DNA of 62,414 bases, the filler included, from Catajapyx aquilonaris (taxonomy: Eukaryota): NCBI GenBank assembly GCA_000934665.2. It is 3 parts of 3 records of this genome, joined end to end, with 100 filler letters (N's around TTAATTAATTAA, not from the genome) between each part and the next. Parts side by side here need not be neighbours in the genome. Positions count along the whole stretch, not along the records: positions 15,976 to 46,455 come from JYFJ02007361.1; 2 more parts are not named here. One strand, given 5' to 3'. Of this stretch, positions 24,109 through 38,100 are shown in pieces; position 1 is the stretch's first letter; each line of letters begins with the position of its first letter. The position numbers were made by a program, and so were the translations under genes. The notes beneath the pieces were generated by a model, which was given only the letters and a program-made list of their open reading frames with translations, was not told where the DNA came from and did not search any database.

Positions 24109-27100
24109 TAGCTTTATAGGACATTTATACATAATGTTTTAGTTATTCATTGTTAATAACAAGAAAAAGAATTATGAACTAAACAAAAAATTATTCTGGC
24201 ATATCTGGCTACATAATTTTCAAGGATATGACCTTTTCTATATGATATAAGAAAGTACGACTGCCATGTCACTCTACCCGTCTCCCTTAAAAAGGTGTCC
24301 CCTTTAAAACCGCTTAGTTCTTTGACTCACAACTCGCAGATTGCAGACCTTCCTCCGCCATATTGCCACTCAACATGCCTGCACTTGAGATTGCTGACAA
24401 GTCCACAAAAAGGATCCGTTGGTAGTTCATCAGACTGCATTAGGACCGAGGGCTTCCGTCCCCCGGAGACTCATTTCTCCTCAAGAAACATCCAACAATA
24501 AGAGTCTCCACTAATTTTCTCTTCTTGAGGAAGGATGAAATGAAAGTAGAAGAGCCAGGAGGGGTTGGGTGGCTGGAAGGGAGGCGGCCCGTTTAATTCG
24601 CAACTTTGCAAGTCCGAAAAGAGTCAGCAGAACCTGATTGTGCGTCCTGATGGCAAGCATGAAAGATATATCCCAAGCTCACAAATTTCCTTCCTCGGAG
24701 TTTACACCCTGGAGAGGGTTTTAATTCCATCCCTGGGCAGCTATGGAAGTCAGGTTCCCCCGCTTTAATTATACGTCCGTGTGGCGCACTTACAGATGAG
24801 CTGGCACCTCAGCTGCTTCAAATAATTATCCGGCTGGCAACCCGTGTCTTTAGCAAGCACCAGCATCCCAGGCTATCGCTCACTCCATCCCGGGCCTGTT
24901 TGCCCAAATGGAAGCCTTTCGCCGGCCGGAGTGATATCCTTCATTTTACATTGCGGCCAGGTGTGATGGGCACCTTAATTAGTCTAACAATTCGCTAGAA
25001 AAAAAGACGCGTATTCTCATCTCCTGGTTCTAATTATGCTAATCAGATTTTCCAAAATTCAGGGAGGAGTGATTAATGTGTGAGTTTTGTTAGAAATCGC
25101 TACTGATTTGATGTTTAAGCTTAGCGTTATACCTTTGAGTGCAACTTTTTACACCTTTTGCATCATATTTTACACTTCAAAGGGGAAGTTAAAAATACCG
25201 GGTGGAACATTGCCTAACTACTGTAGATCCCTCCAGGAAACCTGGGGGAGGGTTATGGATTACTTAATCCAGTTGCGCCTGTGCAATTCAACCAAGCACA
25301 TGCTCATAAGGATATAGTCATAGACTAAAAATTACGAATTTTAAGGCGGAAAAATTCGTACGAATTTTTATTATCCGTGTAGGTCTATGAAATTGGGTGA
25401 TGCATTTACCACTATTATACTGAGTGCTGCATAATTATCATAAGGAGAGTTCACAACTATCAATTTTTACAGTAATACACGGACTATCCTGCATCTACAG
25501 GGTGCACTGCCAGAGTCGACCGTTCAAGCGGCGCGCGGGAATAAAGGGGGGGAAGTTATTGATTGTTTACGCGGAGTATTCCAAGTGAATTATCCGGAGT
25601 GATTAGCGATTTTTGACATAAACTGCTTTTTAGGTAGATATTTTGGAATAGCTCTTTTTAGAGATTATCAGAATTATTATATGGTAAATTTAGGCGACAT
25701 CTTTTTAAACTGACGCAGGAGGGTCTATGATTTGAAAAATATGGGTCCAGCACTCTTAGCTATACCTATTGACCTACAGTCAGGTGTCATGCGTCAGAAG
25801 AGTCACTCGCAATGTTTTAAGTTCTGAAACTCTCAATTCATGTCCCGAATGATTTTTCCCATTCAACATAATACGACAAACTAAGGCAGCGTCTTTCAGG
25901 TCTTGAGCAGGATATGTATAGACATTGCAACTGTAGATGACCATGACCAGCTAGTGTACTTGTACACCTTATAAGTTACTGTCGCTAAAATGAAACAGGA
26001 GTTCAAGCATGTAAAGACTGGAAAAGTGCTGCGGTACATAAACTTGGGATGAAGTAGATCTCGTCGAAGGTATGACTTTTTTGGCCCAGCCCTTGTCATT
26101 GACCAGTGACGTGACTGCTGGCGACCAAACCCTATAGGTGATTTCCACCCGGGCAGGTGCAAGAGATATTGCGGTGGGTAACCTACATGAGTACTGTCAG
26201 GTATATTGTACGAGGGTCTCCTCTTCGCCACAATAATTGACTGCTGCAATTAGTGTGTCTTGAGAATTCATTACCAGACGAAAATAATAATGAGTGAAGG
26301 TGAACTACATATTGTCGTGGCCACCTCCCACCATCATAGTTGGAATATGAAGCCAAGAGGGCGCCCCAAGTCTTTGCTGCTGGTCTTGGGCGCTCACTTC
26401 GATACGAGCCGCGTTTATCAAATACCTTGGCGTCAAAGGTCCTGTAAACTTGATTGTGGACATGGACTCCTCGTGCCGTCTTTGAATGAGCGCCGGTGGC
26501 GCTGAAAGACTACTCTCAGTCAGCAGCAAACTTAGTCGTAGTTTTGATACAAGTGATCCTTCATAAAAGTGACAGTTACATTCAAACACAGCCTCAGTTC
26601 TTTCACACCTCGTCTACACTTCTTGGTAATGTTCCCTTCCACCGAAAGTGACTACATACTATATTTTAGTCGGCGAATAGTAAAAGCCCTTGATTCATTT
26701 GGGCGTGAACAAGTGATATACCACAGCATATAAAATTTAGTATTCATATAAGCCCAATCTGATGATCAACTACGTTAAACTGGCAGGAACTTCTCAAACT
26801 TTGATTCAGCACCATACCGACATTGTAGGAACATAATCCATGAGTTTCTGATCACATCATTATTGGCTGACTACCGTGCGAGGAAAAGAACTTATCACTT
26901 CAGGCTTTCTCTTTGACATCGTACACTACCCAAAATTAAATTATGCATGGGACCTGTTGAGTAAGTATCCAACTTACTATACCTTGTGTACAAGTTTCAT
27001 CTCAGGAATTCCCCTGTCTGCGTCTGGCTAGATGAGTGTCCTTTAGCTTTACCGAGTAGAACTCTTGATCAACTTACTTCCATTAAGTTCATCTGAGTTA

Positions 27101-27480
27101 GGAGAAACAATGCTTAATTAAACTCGCTTTGAAGTGCAGAGACACTATGTAGTTGTGTACGGCAGCAAAAGCAGACTCCGCTTCACCTAGCCTCGGAACA
27201 TTTTAACCGACTGCATCTCTAAATCTTGCAAGATATCTGATGCACTCCAAACGTTCCTAAATTCCAGAAGCATCCTCAGACATGGGGATTGGGGTAGGTG
27301 GGAGGGAGGGTAGGGGGAGTGAAACTGCTGCAGGCAATACGATCAAAGTAAAAGGGCATTTCTGTACCCTATTCTTCATCCTCTCAGGGAAGATTTGAGA
27401 GAAACAGTTTCTTCTCCAGTCGATAGGAGCAAAATTAACCGACATAAATAATGCTGAGGATACCGGTAGGACACATCAAT

Positions 27481-27510
27481 ATGGCTGGCAGGAGACTCAT
27501 AAAGCTCAGG
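27481..27510 (+). CDS. Probable first coding exon of the TRPC gene (MAGRRLIKLR)
   Basis: caatATGG start context and AGG|GTAAGG donor in phase 0, compatible with the phase-0 acceptor at 34911. No homology support; the ATG at 34923 is an alternative start. Confidence 0.45.
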
Positions 27511-28067
27511 GTAAGGCAGCGGTTTTATCATCAAGGACCTTCTATCAGCAGATATTTCTTATTTTCTTGGCAGAGACAATGATATATATTTTTATCATCT
27601 GTGAAGCTAAATATTCAATATTATACGATATCACTTTGTGTAGCCCAGTGTCTTACTATACTGCAGCTGTGCACCAGTATAGAGCCTGGCGGCTCCTGCA
27701 TTGAAATATCAAATTTTTTATATTTCTTGTGCAATATGATGTCGATTTGTTCGCCTTAATAAAGTGTTTTACGATACTCTGCCTCACGTCATTTTGAAAT
27801 ATTACAGTGGGGTGTATTGCAAATATGTCTAGAGAAAATTCACTTTTTCTCTATTATTCCTTGGTAAGAAGCGAGCTCGTAAGATGACCTCATATAATTA
27901 TCCTGAAATCACTTCCTATAACACTAGCCCATCCTTATGTGCAAGGAGAACTCCGTGTGGCATTTCAGCCAAAGAGGCAGGTCTTACGAATTATATTGTT
28001 TAAAAACTAATACCTCATTAATATAATGTATTTAAATTTGTTCCAGCGCCATCTATTGAAATACTCA

Positions 28068-29358
28068 CAACCAAACTACCACAATTTACACCCCAGAATT
28101 TTGAAATTTTTTGACTTTTCTCATTCTGCTTGCCTATAGCAGTTGTTCCCAACTTTTTTCGGGTCGCGACCCCCTTTCATGATAGGCAAGTAACCTGCGA
28201 CACCCCCCCCCCTCACCAAGTGTTAGTAGATATGTTGAAAAAACATTCATGGTGAAATTTCAGATAAAATTTATTTTATTAATTTAGTTATTTTAGTTAT
28301 TTTTATTTAATAAAAATAACCGCGACCTCTCACTGCCCCCCTGGACCTGCTCCATGGCCCCCTTGGGAGGTCGAGACCCCCCGGTTGGGAACCACTGGCC
28401 TATAGTGTTGTGCAAACATCACCTCCGCTGCTAATTTTCACGTTAGCAGGGTCAAAATAGGCAATATTCCGAAGCCACAACACCCGCAACCGGTCGCTGG
28501 TCACGGGTCCCGTCTGACGCCTTTCGTCGCGTCTCTCATGGTGGAGAAGGGCCATAATGGAGAGTCTGGACTCTGACCAAGGTGATGGAATAGGTGTGGT
28601 GATTTACTTGAACCTGCAGCAGTTGATTATTATTATCAGCACTCATTCGTCCCTCATTTTCCAGACAACAGGATTGCTTGCCCACTCTGTCACAAAACAT
28701 AGCGTATTTATAAGCTTCACATCTTAATGAGCACACCAGGCACAGCAACACCCAGCCCAAAGACAATATTATGATGGCACAGCAGGGTAAAGGAGCAAAC
28801 GAAACGCTTCGCCTCAAATACTGTACTATCTGCTATGTTGAGAGAATGAGAAAATTCAGTGTTTATTGTCACTAGAAGAAAGGAAAGGCTAGGCAAAGAT
28901 CAACTTTATGTACACCAAAATATGAATCAAGTCTAATCAATCATTAACAATTTATTACACATATGCAGTTGCATACAAGAATGAAAAAAACACAGATTCT
29001 GCTCACACCAGATGCACTTCAAAAATACAAACTCACCACACCTGTCCTCCGTACATGTCTCAAAATCGGTACCGAAACAGTATAGTCAATGGGCGTTGGG
29101 CAAGAAGCAGGCATGTCTTTCATGTAACCTGCTTTGTACCATGCATATTTTCTGAATTCCTTGAATCTGGGTGCTGAAGATGATAGTGAATGCTGGTGTT
29201 GTGGCTTCGGAATATTGCCTATTTTGACCCTGCTAACGTGAAAATTAGCAGAGGTAATGTTTGCACAACATTATAGGCCAAGCAGAATTAAACAAGTTAG
29301 ACAAGTCAAAAAAAAAAATCAAAATTCAGGGGTGTGTAAATTGTGGTAGTTTGGTTGT
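28068..29358. mobile_element. Long-TIR element (~150-bp arms), left arm split by a hAT MITE
   Basis: 28068-28139 plus 28406-28483 is the reverse complement of ~29195-29358. Confidence 0.75.
28140..28397. mobile_element. hAT MITE
   Basis: cagttgttcccaac / gttgggaaccactg TIR and an 8-bp TSD gcctatag. Confidence 0.88.
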
Positions 29359-31379
29359 CAGTGGAACTTTTAAAAAACATTGCTGGAAGTATCAAACACG
29401 GCTGATCACAAAGGTCGCAATGTCGCCAGATAGTATAGGCTACTAAACCCAATGACGATGCAAAATTATGACCCAGTAAAGCAATGAAAACATAGGCAGG
29501 TAGTGTAACGATGGTGTGGCATAATATTCACAACGTAGTTCTTCCGGCCCCGCTCTCTTGATTTAGGACGATCCATGCAATATGGATCACGCTGGGCTAA
29601 TATTAACGAACATATGCTAAACATGGTCAATATCATGTTGTTTGGATCTCAGTGAGCCGAATAAGGAATAAATAAACACGTTTCACGCGTCGTTTGCAAT
29701 GTAAATAAGAGGAGTGAGTTGCATGCGCAAAAACATATGGGTGTATGCGTATAGCCCTAGCCAGATAGATGGGGTCGGGATGTAATAGGCTGGCTCTTAA
29801 AGCAGGCGACGGTTTATAGCCGGCTGTAAATCCGCGCTTTCTCTCGGGGGCCCCACGTGATAGGCCCCAAAGTCTGGCAATTTTAAGCTGGTTTCCTGAT
29901 AAATTCCTTTTGCGCCGACAGAGAAATAAATCCGGAGCCCCCCCCCCCCNCCCCCCCCCCCCCTATTACCAGCCCCGTGCACAATGCCATTCCAGTATCC
30001 TCGGAGTAATTACCAAAGCCCAACTACAAACACAGGCTCATCATGCAGCTTCATCTCACCCATGCAGCTTTTGTGCCCTTCGCGACGCGAGGCCTGCATC
30101 GCATGGCCTTTCGACACTGTCATCAAGTCAGCTTTTCAGAGGACACCATCTCTTACTGTAAGAACCGGTGCAACAAACCAAATTTTCAGTGCACCTGATT
30201 GGCATGCTCCTATAACGCCTATGTTATAATTTTCACGTTTAATTTTCGAAATTCTTAGGAGCAGCTCAAGAACTAACAATTACCAAGAGCTAATGCAATT
30301 ACTAAAAACCTGCTAAAAACCTAACGACTGTACAAGTGGCCTACATATAGGACGCTAGTAGTTTGTAGATTACAAAATTTGCTTCTAGTTTTAGTGCCGC
30401 ACATTGCCTACCTCAATTCGTATTTATGCATTAATATGCATGAATGTTGTCCTCGGTTTTTAAAAATCCATTGTCATTGGGCACAGCCACATGCATTGAT
30501 TTTGGCAGGGCCATTGGATCGTCCCGCGATATTACAACTTGAACGACACGTAGGGCTACACCAAAAAAATGACTCCCCGTGGAAACTTCATAAAGTTTAT
30601 TAAATCGATAGGGATGGCAAGGGCAATTTGCAATTCACTCCACGTGGTAGGAATGTTCCCCGCATCAGAGCACGTCAGTCGTGAGGTTGGGAAAGAGGGG
30701 GTAGAGGGGATGTACTGGAGGTTTCATTCCGCCCCATTTGCTTGCTGGCAATCAAGCCATTCCGACTCTCTCTTTCTACAACAACTGTCCCATTTCCCTT
30801 TCCTTCCATCCCCCCCCCCTTTCCGCTCTTTTTTTACCTCTTTGCCAAGGAGGCACTGCCAAAATTCTCCGGGGGCTCGTTTCTTCCGGAGAAAATTCGC
30901 CTGCGAGTGTGTAAATTTGGGCCAAATTGTGGCCACTACTGGCCCATACTCAGTAAGGTCAGGCTGAGGCGAGCACAAGATTTCCAGGCATTAGCATGAC
31001 ATATTTATGATATTGTGGGTACTGCGATCCATAACGGTTCTGCGCTTCAAGAAGGACATTTTGGCTGAGTATCGGGATGGGGGGAAGGAGGGGGAAAAAC
31101 GCAGTAGTGATGATGGTGCTGCATTGTCCAATGTCTTGGCTTTATGTCAAGGAGAAGGCAAAAGACCAATCAGAAAGAGGTATCGGAAACATGATGTGTC
31201 CCGGTAACCTCATAATATATGCATGGGTCACATGTTATTTCCCGCCTTATGTCATTATGTACTTCACATTACCAACACTGATATGGGACAGATAGGGGAC
31301 TATGACAATGAGACATTTTGTCAAATCAGAACAAGTGCCTGACATCTTGTTTTCACTCTTGTCTGTTGTGGGAAACAAC

Positions 31380-31665
31380 ACCGAAGCAGGTTGGTGTAGT
31401 GGATACGGAGTCCGCCTGCTAATCGGGAGGTCCTGGGATCAAATCCCGGGGCCGGCGACCCTGACCGTGGTTTTCTGTGGTTTCCCACGGTCCTCCCAGG
31501 ATAATTCCGGGGTCGTTTTCGTAAAAATAGGCCACAGCCGCTTCCTTCCGTCCTTTTCCTATCCCAAAAAGCAAAGTAAAATGAAAGCAAAGAGTTCCAG
31601 TCAAAACAAAATTGGGATGAACTCCCTCCCTAAAGAGCCGCCGGCTGATAACGGGGTATGAATTA
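31380..31665 (+). mobile_element. SINE family A
   Basis: Full copy with a 16-bp TSD tgttgYgggaaacaac. Confidence 0.9.
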
Positions 31666-31705
31666 TGTTGCGGGAAACAACGGAAATGACTCTGAAATAT
31701 CCTTA

Positions 31706-32015
31706 AGGCGGCGCAGTACCAAAAATATACGGTAACAATGCGAGCCCTTGGCGACGACCTAAACAAACTCGCTTATGCATGGGCAGCATATGGGGATTCG
31801 ACATGTTTACATTTCTGTGGACATACGGCCGCAAAAATGGTTCAATCGACACAGAAATTGCATCAAAAATAGTGCATTATCTGGCGCAGGGCACCTAGTT
31901 CGTCNAAGGCGAAACCTTTGCGCAGGGCGTGTTTTTCCAGATTAACGTCGCATTTCGCCACAAAAAATAGTGCCCTCAAAAGCGGTCCTACCGTATTTTT
32001 ACCACTGCGCCGCCT
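31706..32015. mobile_element. MITE with imperfect ~25-bp TIRs
   Basis: aggcggcgcagt..aaaaatatacgg / ccgtattttt..actgcgccgcct. Confidence 0.5.
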
Positions 32016-34910
32016 GTATAGACATGTGGTGACCTATTGCGGCAAATTCTGTGTAGTCTTGCATTAGCCCCATTTAACTGTAGTGTGTCTCAGAGTAAAC
32101 CCCGTTTCAACCTCTGTAACAAGTTACACATCGTGCAAGTAGTACAGTGGCGGAATAATTTTTAACAAAGTACATTTTTACCCACTTAATATTTAGTTGC
32201 ATGGCAGCAAAAGCCAATGGGAGCTCAAGCCCCGAAACTTTTCTAATTACGAATGAAGTGATGCCCCAAATTCAGACCGCTAGGGACACTTTAATTATTC
32301 ATTTCACTAGCCAAGGTGGATGTTTAACTAAAATCTTCCGCACAGCTTTGCTCTTGCCGGATGACATCTGCCGGAGACATGCAAGCCGAGTGCTACCGGA
32401 GGTAACCGTCTCAAAGGACTACAGGAAGTGTGTCACTCAGTCCAAACAGGCTAAAAATTTGAAGTTAACATCATTTCTACTAACTGACTTGGCCTGGTTC
32501 ACTCCCTGTTATGTCCAAGGCGGACGTGAACAACAAGATTAAAAGATTTGTCCCAGGAAAATGATTGGGTGGTTGGATCCCGCAGATAGGTGTTATCTCT
32601 GAACCCCACGTTCCTTCCATTTACTGACAGGCCAGGATGGGAAACGGAAAAAAAAGGTAATCAGGTGAGGATTTCTTGGGAGACGTTTAATTCCCTGACT
32701 CCTCCAAAGGAAGTTTTAAAGCTCCCAAGAGATTGTGCGAGTCCTCCATTGCTGTTGGAGCATACACCTTTCTCTCTGGGACAGAGTTCCCAATCTAATT
32801 TGTTTTCATCAAACAGGCTTCAATTGGGTTATATCAGGGAGGGAGGCCAAGGGCAATATTATTTCCTTCGAAGGACAACCGCTGCCGGTAATTTTTGCGG
32901 GAAAAATAAGGTTCTGTCTGCTTTTAAAGCCACTCTGCGAGCTCCCTCTTTGTTTTATCAAGTTACAGAAGTTGCCTGGCTTTTATGAAAGGAGCTGCCG
33001 TACATGACGCATTGTATCTAGTCGGGTTGCTACTATTCCTGGACGTTGCCAGGGACAATATTTTCGTATAATATCGGGGGAAAACAGCAAACAACTTGAG
33101 CTCGCATGGAGACATAACACTGTTAGGCCAGATCCTTTCAAAAATATATTGCATTATTTTGTGGCCTGCTTCTGGATCGTCACACTTGCGCTATTCGTAC
33201 AGTAGACTATTCCAGCTATAAGTCGATTACTATTTTGAAAGGCCGTGCACGTGGAACAAAATGTAAAGTAGTGTTTCAAAAGATGGCTGTCCATATTTGT
33301 TCAGAACTGATGGCCTGCCATCCCCCCTCTCAACCTGTCGTACCGCGTACATATCGAAGGAGTCGCGATTGTCGCATGTCACATTTCTCCCCCCCCTAGG
33401 AACGTTGCCTGCGACAGTAATCATCGCAGCTGGCGATTAATCATTCCCGAATCCTGTCTCCAGTCCCTTGTCTGCAAATGTCACCTACGCCAGACGCGTT
33501 AACTGATTTTAGCTCCATAAAGTAACGAAAAGAATATTTTGGTCCCAATAAATCCATTGGGTGGAATTTTCGTCCCACTACTAGTTAGCAGTAACTAGCA
33601 GTGGGACGAAAATTCCAACAATTGAGGGTATACAGGGCAATTCAGTTCATTCATCCGCTGCCCAAGCATTCCATATAGTAGTGGTCGTGCTACTGTTACA
33701 AAATATGTTTACAAAGCCTTCAGATTTAGTGACGGTGAGTGGCACGAGGGGAAGGGTTGGGGCTGCAGTTCAGAAAGACTCCAAATCAGCTAGACATCCT
33801 TCATGTAGATGTCCCCTCACGTAAGGCTCTCTGAGGGGTGATATATCATTCATTTTTTTGATATACCGGTAACTATTTGGCTGAGTCACCATGCTTTGCT
33901 ATACTGAGCGTGTCCATACTATAGTCAGCAAAGAGGTGATTCCGATTCCGGTTGGGTGCCCACAAATCGCAGATAGCGCGAAAGAATCGTAAATAAGCGA
34001 GGTTTTAAAGAAAGGGGCAAAAACGATGCTCGTACCATGGGCGTCGGAAATACAAGTGGGCCCTGCATTTAGGAACGACTTTCAACCCTGTTTAATAGAA
34101 CCGCTTCTATTTTTGGGGTCGGCCACCATGACGGTGATAATAGCTCCTTTCCAACTAGCGAATTGGGGTGGCTTGCAAAATCTGCGGATCCACCAATTGA
34201 TTATGCATAATAGGCGTTTCCTGTATCTTTCCCAGCCACCCACCACCCCCCGGTTCTGAAGCTGCAAACTATAAACTGGTTCATCTCGTAAGGCTTATTG
34301 TCCGGAACAAAGTGTAGCCACGTAATTGAGTTATCGGTAATATTCGCGATCTGCAGGATCCACTCTGCTGCAGGAGCAGCAGGGAGACGGCTTACAAATA
34401 CGTTAACCCACTTTACCAAAACATGGCCTTATCCGATAATTGTAACTCTGTACGTATAGGAAACTGGCTGCAAACTGCTGCGGGTTATAAAACATCCGTG
34501 CAAATTTCTTCACGGATGGGCTATTCCAGGGTGAAGGCGTTATCGGGATGCTTTATTACACCACATAATATAGCCTTGTACACTGTGCGCTAATATGTAA
34601 GTAATTCTGCCTTGTACGAGTATATGACATAAGTAAATATTATGTATATGTATAGTCTATTGTTACATCCAAATAGACCCTCAGTGGTGCATTTCAATAT
34701 TAGGGAATTATTGTGATGCTATCTTATAAACTGGGCGCCGAAAGTTGGAATATACACAGTTGGGAGCCGGAGGTCTAAAGTGATATATACCCAACTGAAT
34801 AATTCCAGATACTTCTGTGGCATGCTGACTCAAACAAAAGGTCGCATTCTTTCGTAGTTCAAAAGGCAAAGAATCCGGCTGAACAAAATCCGAACTTTGT
34901 GTGTTTGCAG

Positions 34911-35121
34911 GATGGACACAAAATGGACCCAAAGGAGCGTACGTTCCTGGAGGCTGCGGAGCGTGGGGACAGACACACGATGATTCGGTGCCTCCAGCCT
35001 CCCAACCCAGTCAACGTCAACTGCACCAACATCCTCGGGCGATCAGCCATACAGATTGCCGTCGACAACGAGAACGTCGAAATTGTAGAGCTGCTGCTCA
35101 AGCAAGAGGCCATCAAAATAG
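34911..35121 (+). CDS. TRPC (short transient receptor potential) channel, ankyrin-repeat exon
   Basis: GTTTGCAG acceptor and G|GTAAGA donor. ERTFLEAAERGD..VNVNCTNILGRSAIQIAVDNENVEIVELLL is the canonical TRPC N-terminal ankyrin region. Confidence 0.93.
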
Positions 35122-38100
35122 GTAAGATGACCAGCTGTTTACACTGGGTTATATCCGGGGGCAGCCCTGTGGTTGAAAGCAAAGTCGTACGTACTGGCAG
35201 TGAGTGTACAGGCATGAGCTCATTGCAATGTGAATGCAAAAAAAAGACAACTTGACAGGCCCAACATGTTGTATACCTCTACCTTTTCCTCATATCAGTA
35301 GGCCTATATTTGAAAAGTTGCGAGTATTGGAAATTTAGGTGTGCACTTTTCGATAGAGTGATTCTCCCTAAGGATAGGACACGTTTTCCGGAAGTACGGT
35401 TTAAGACCCACACCTTTCTAGCATTACCCCCGTCTTCCCCCCTGCGTCCCATCCATCCTGCAGCACATTTTCAAGTCGTGTTTCCGTTGCCCTTTGTGAA
35501 CCACGAACGAATGCACTCCTGGCGTCGTCCCAAACAATAGTAAAGCCAAACATGCAAATGCAGCACTAGCACTCTGCCCTTAATAACTCACTGCTTCACT
35601 GGCCTATGCAACTCTACACAAAAATGGCGTAGACCACGATTATGGGCAGTGTAACTCACAAATCTTGCATTAGAGTGACTCGAGTGCGACGTGATATTTT
35701 GTTTTAACTTATAGGCCGTTACGATTCTGTTTGTTAACCTAATTTTTGCGAAATTTTTCTGTTAGTAAAGCATGGCCTGTAACATATAAGCATCAAAAAA
35801 TAATGGTGTTACTAACAGACTGTTGTTATCTGTTAGCTCAGAAAATAACTTTGCTCATATTCCAAGGATTAGTCGTAGCCTACTTTACTGACCCTCTCCA
35901 AATACAGTATGCAAGAATATCATAGGCTACTCTTCCACAACTTAGAATTTTAATGAGACATTCATTACTCCTGCTTTTATGCAAAATAATATAGCGAGTA
36001 TTCTCTGCTCCCTATATTTTTGTACATTTCCGAATGTCATTCCCAGGCAGATTTTTTTCCAGACATCTACTCCCGATGTGGTTGACATCCCGGGTCATTA
36101 TTTACACAATACTTTTGCAATTTTAACATTATAGTCAAATTAGAGTTAATTTCACCTACTAGAACAGTCGCTCATTATGAAATCCCGAGGTCAATAATTT
36201 TCTTCTAATGCAAAAAATTAAAATTAAACTGTTAATTTCTCAATTTTGCGACCACGCCTAAAAGGCGTATTTCATCGTACTGAAAGATTAAATAGAGCAT
36301 GACTTTCCCTCACTCTCTCGCGCAAGGACAGCATTTTGTGTTTGTTCTAAAAATCGAACCATTAGATACGAAACCAGAGAATACATTCGCCTTTGATGCT
36401 TATTAGGGCAGCCTGCAAAATATTTACATCATCAGGAAACCTTGGTAGCGGAAGGGTTGGAAACATTTGGAGCAATCTTTAGAACATTCATTAATGTAAT
36501 TTCGCATCCCACCTTTGAGGCCTGGAGCCATCAAGAAAACGCATCAAACGGATTGCTTTCACAACTCCAGGCAACATGCTTCTGAATGCCTGTAAAATAT
36601 GACGCGTTTACTAAAAGGTGTGCAGAGGACCAGGTGGAAAAAATGTCCCCCTATCCTCCCACCTACTCATCCCCTCCTCACCCTCTTTTCTGGTCTGCGG
36701 CATCGGATCCAAAGCGACACAAAGTGCAAACACGGGTCCACTCGCACGGCTGCATAATTAGACAGGTTGGGGTCCAAGCTTTTACAGGGAAAGGGACATT
36801 CCCGGATTCTAAAGGAGCCCCAGCGACTCTCATCTCCCGGATTACATTTGCCCTGCAGGTACAGTACGTCCTGCCCATATGTAGACAAATGCAGAGCAAA
36901 TGTGTCTACTCACAAAGAGTCATGGTGTAGAGCTGCATTGTTGTGTATTTGATTTTTCCATTTGGGGGCGTCACTCATCATGCGGTTTTTGGACGTCGCC
37001 TCGAGGAAGAAACTTTCGAGTGCTCCGGATCGGATGGGGGGGAGGGGGGGGGGGAAATGGCAGAAGCTTTAATAGAAAGGCTGTCTGACAGTAATGGATT
37101 CTCAAGTGATAGAGGGTACAGCTCATGACTTGACGTGTCAATAGTTGACTTACATTTTTTAAGAAGCGCAATGCGGGACTTTCCAATCGCTCCCCGGTAC
37201 TTAGCCTCCAAAAGGCGGCATTACTGATGCATGAGGGGCGATCAGGCTATCTAATTCCCAGGATGAAACGAGATCGTGTCAAGGTCACTTGTTTCAAAGT
37301 CAGCAGGGAGAATCTCTAGATGTCTTCGCTCAACATCTCGCAAAAGAATATTTATCAAACTGTTCAAGGGCGGAGCAAAGTAGCCGCAACAGTGCTCCGT
37401 CACTGTAAATATAGAATGGCGCATTGTCAAAAAACTCATAAATAGTTGGCAAGTGATTCTTGAATTTGTCTATTACAGTTTGTGTAGTTACTTGCTGGAT
37501 ACCAGTAGATGAAAATGTTGAAGTAGGGAGGCCACTGTATATATACAGGGTGATATTCAACGGATGAGAGAATCAAGCTGTAGGAGAGATTTCACTTGCA
37601 CGCCCACGATATACACCGCAATAATGGTTTATTGCAGTGCTATCATCTGCCATGAACTATGACAAGTTAATACACGTCGGGAGTAGCATATGCCCTGAGC
37701 AATCAATGTTGCAGTTTCAGACATTTCTAGGGCCACACTGTAAACCTCTACGGGCTACCAGCAAGCGGACCGCTGGCCACTGGATGGCAAATGCTGCTTC
37801 AGACCGCTCCCGGAAATGTCGGGAAAATAATTTATGCAGCTAATTTAAACTCAACCATTCTACACCACTGACGAGTACACATTGTAACACTCTCTGCAGG
37901 ACAGTGGCGACAGATTCCAACACATTATGAATTTCCGACTGCTTGCATTATGAGCATGCAGCATAAGAATACTGTATTATTGTAGCTTAAGTACACTAGT
38001 TAGTGGCCCAAACGCTTCCTAAATAATAATGAAGAATTAGCTCGACTCATTTCTGGGTGTGAACATGAATATGATAATTAAAATTATTAATTATCTCTGA

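Noticed and set aside
15976..34900. Missing HxxEH-containing 5' exons of the peptidase
   Set aside because: No M16A-like translation was found on the minus strand beyond the spacer.
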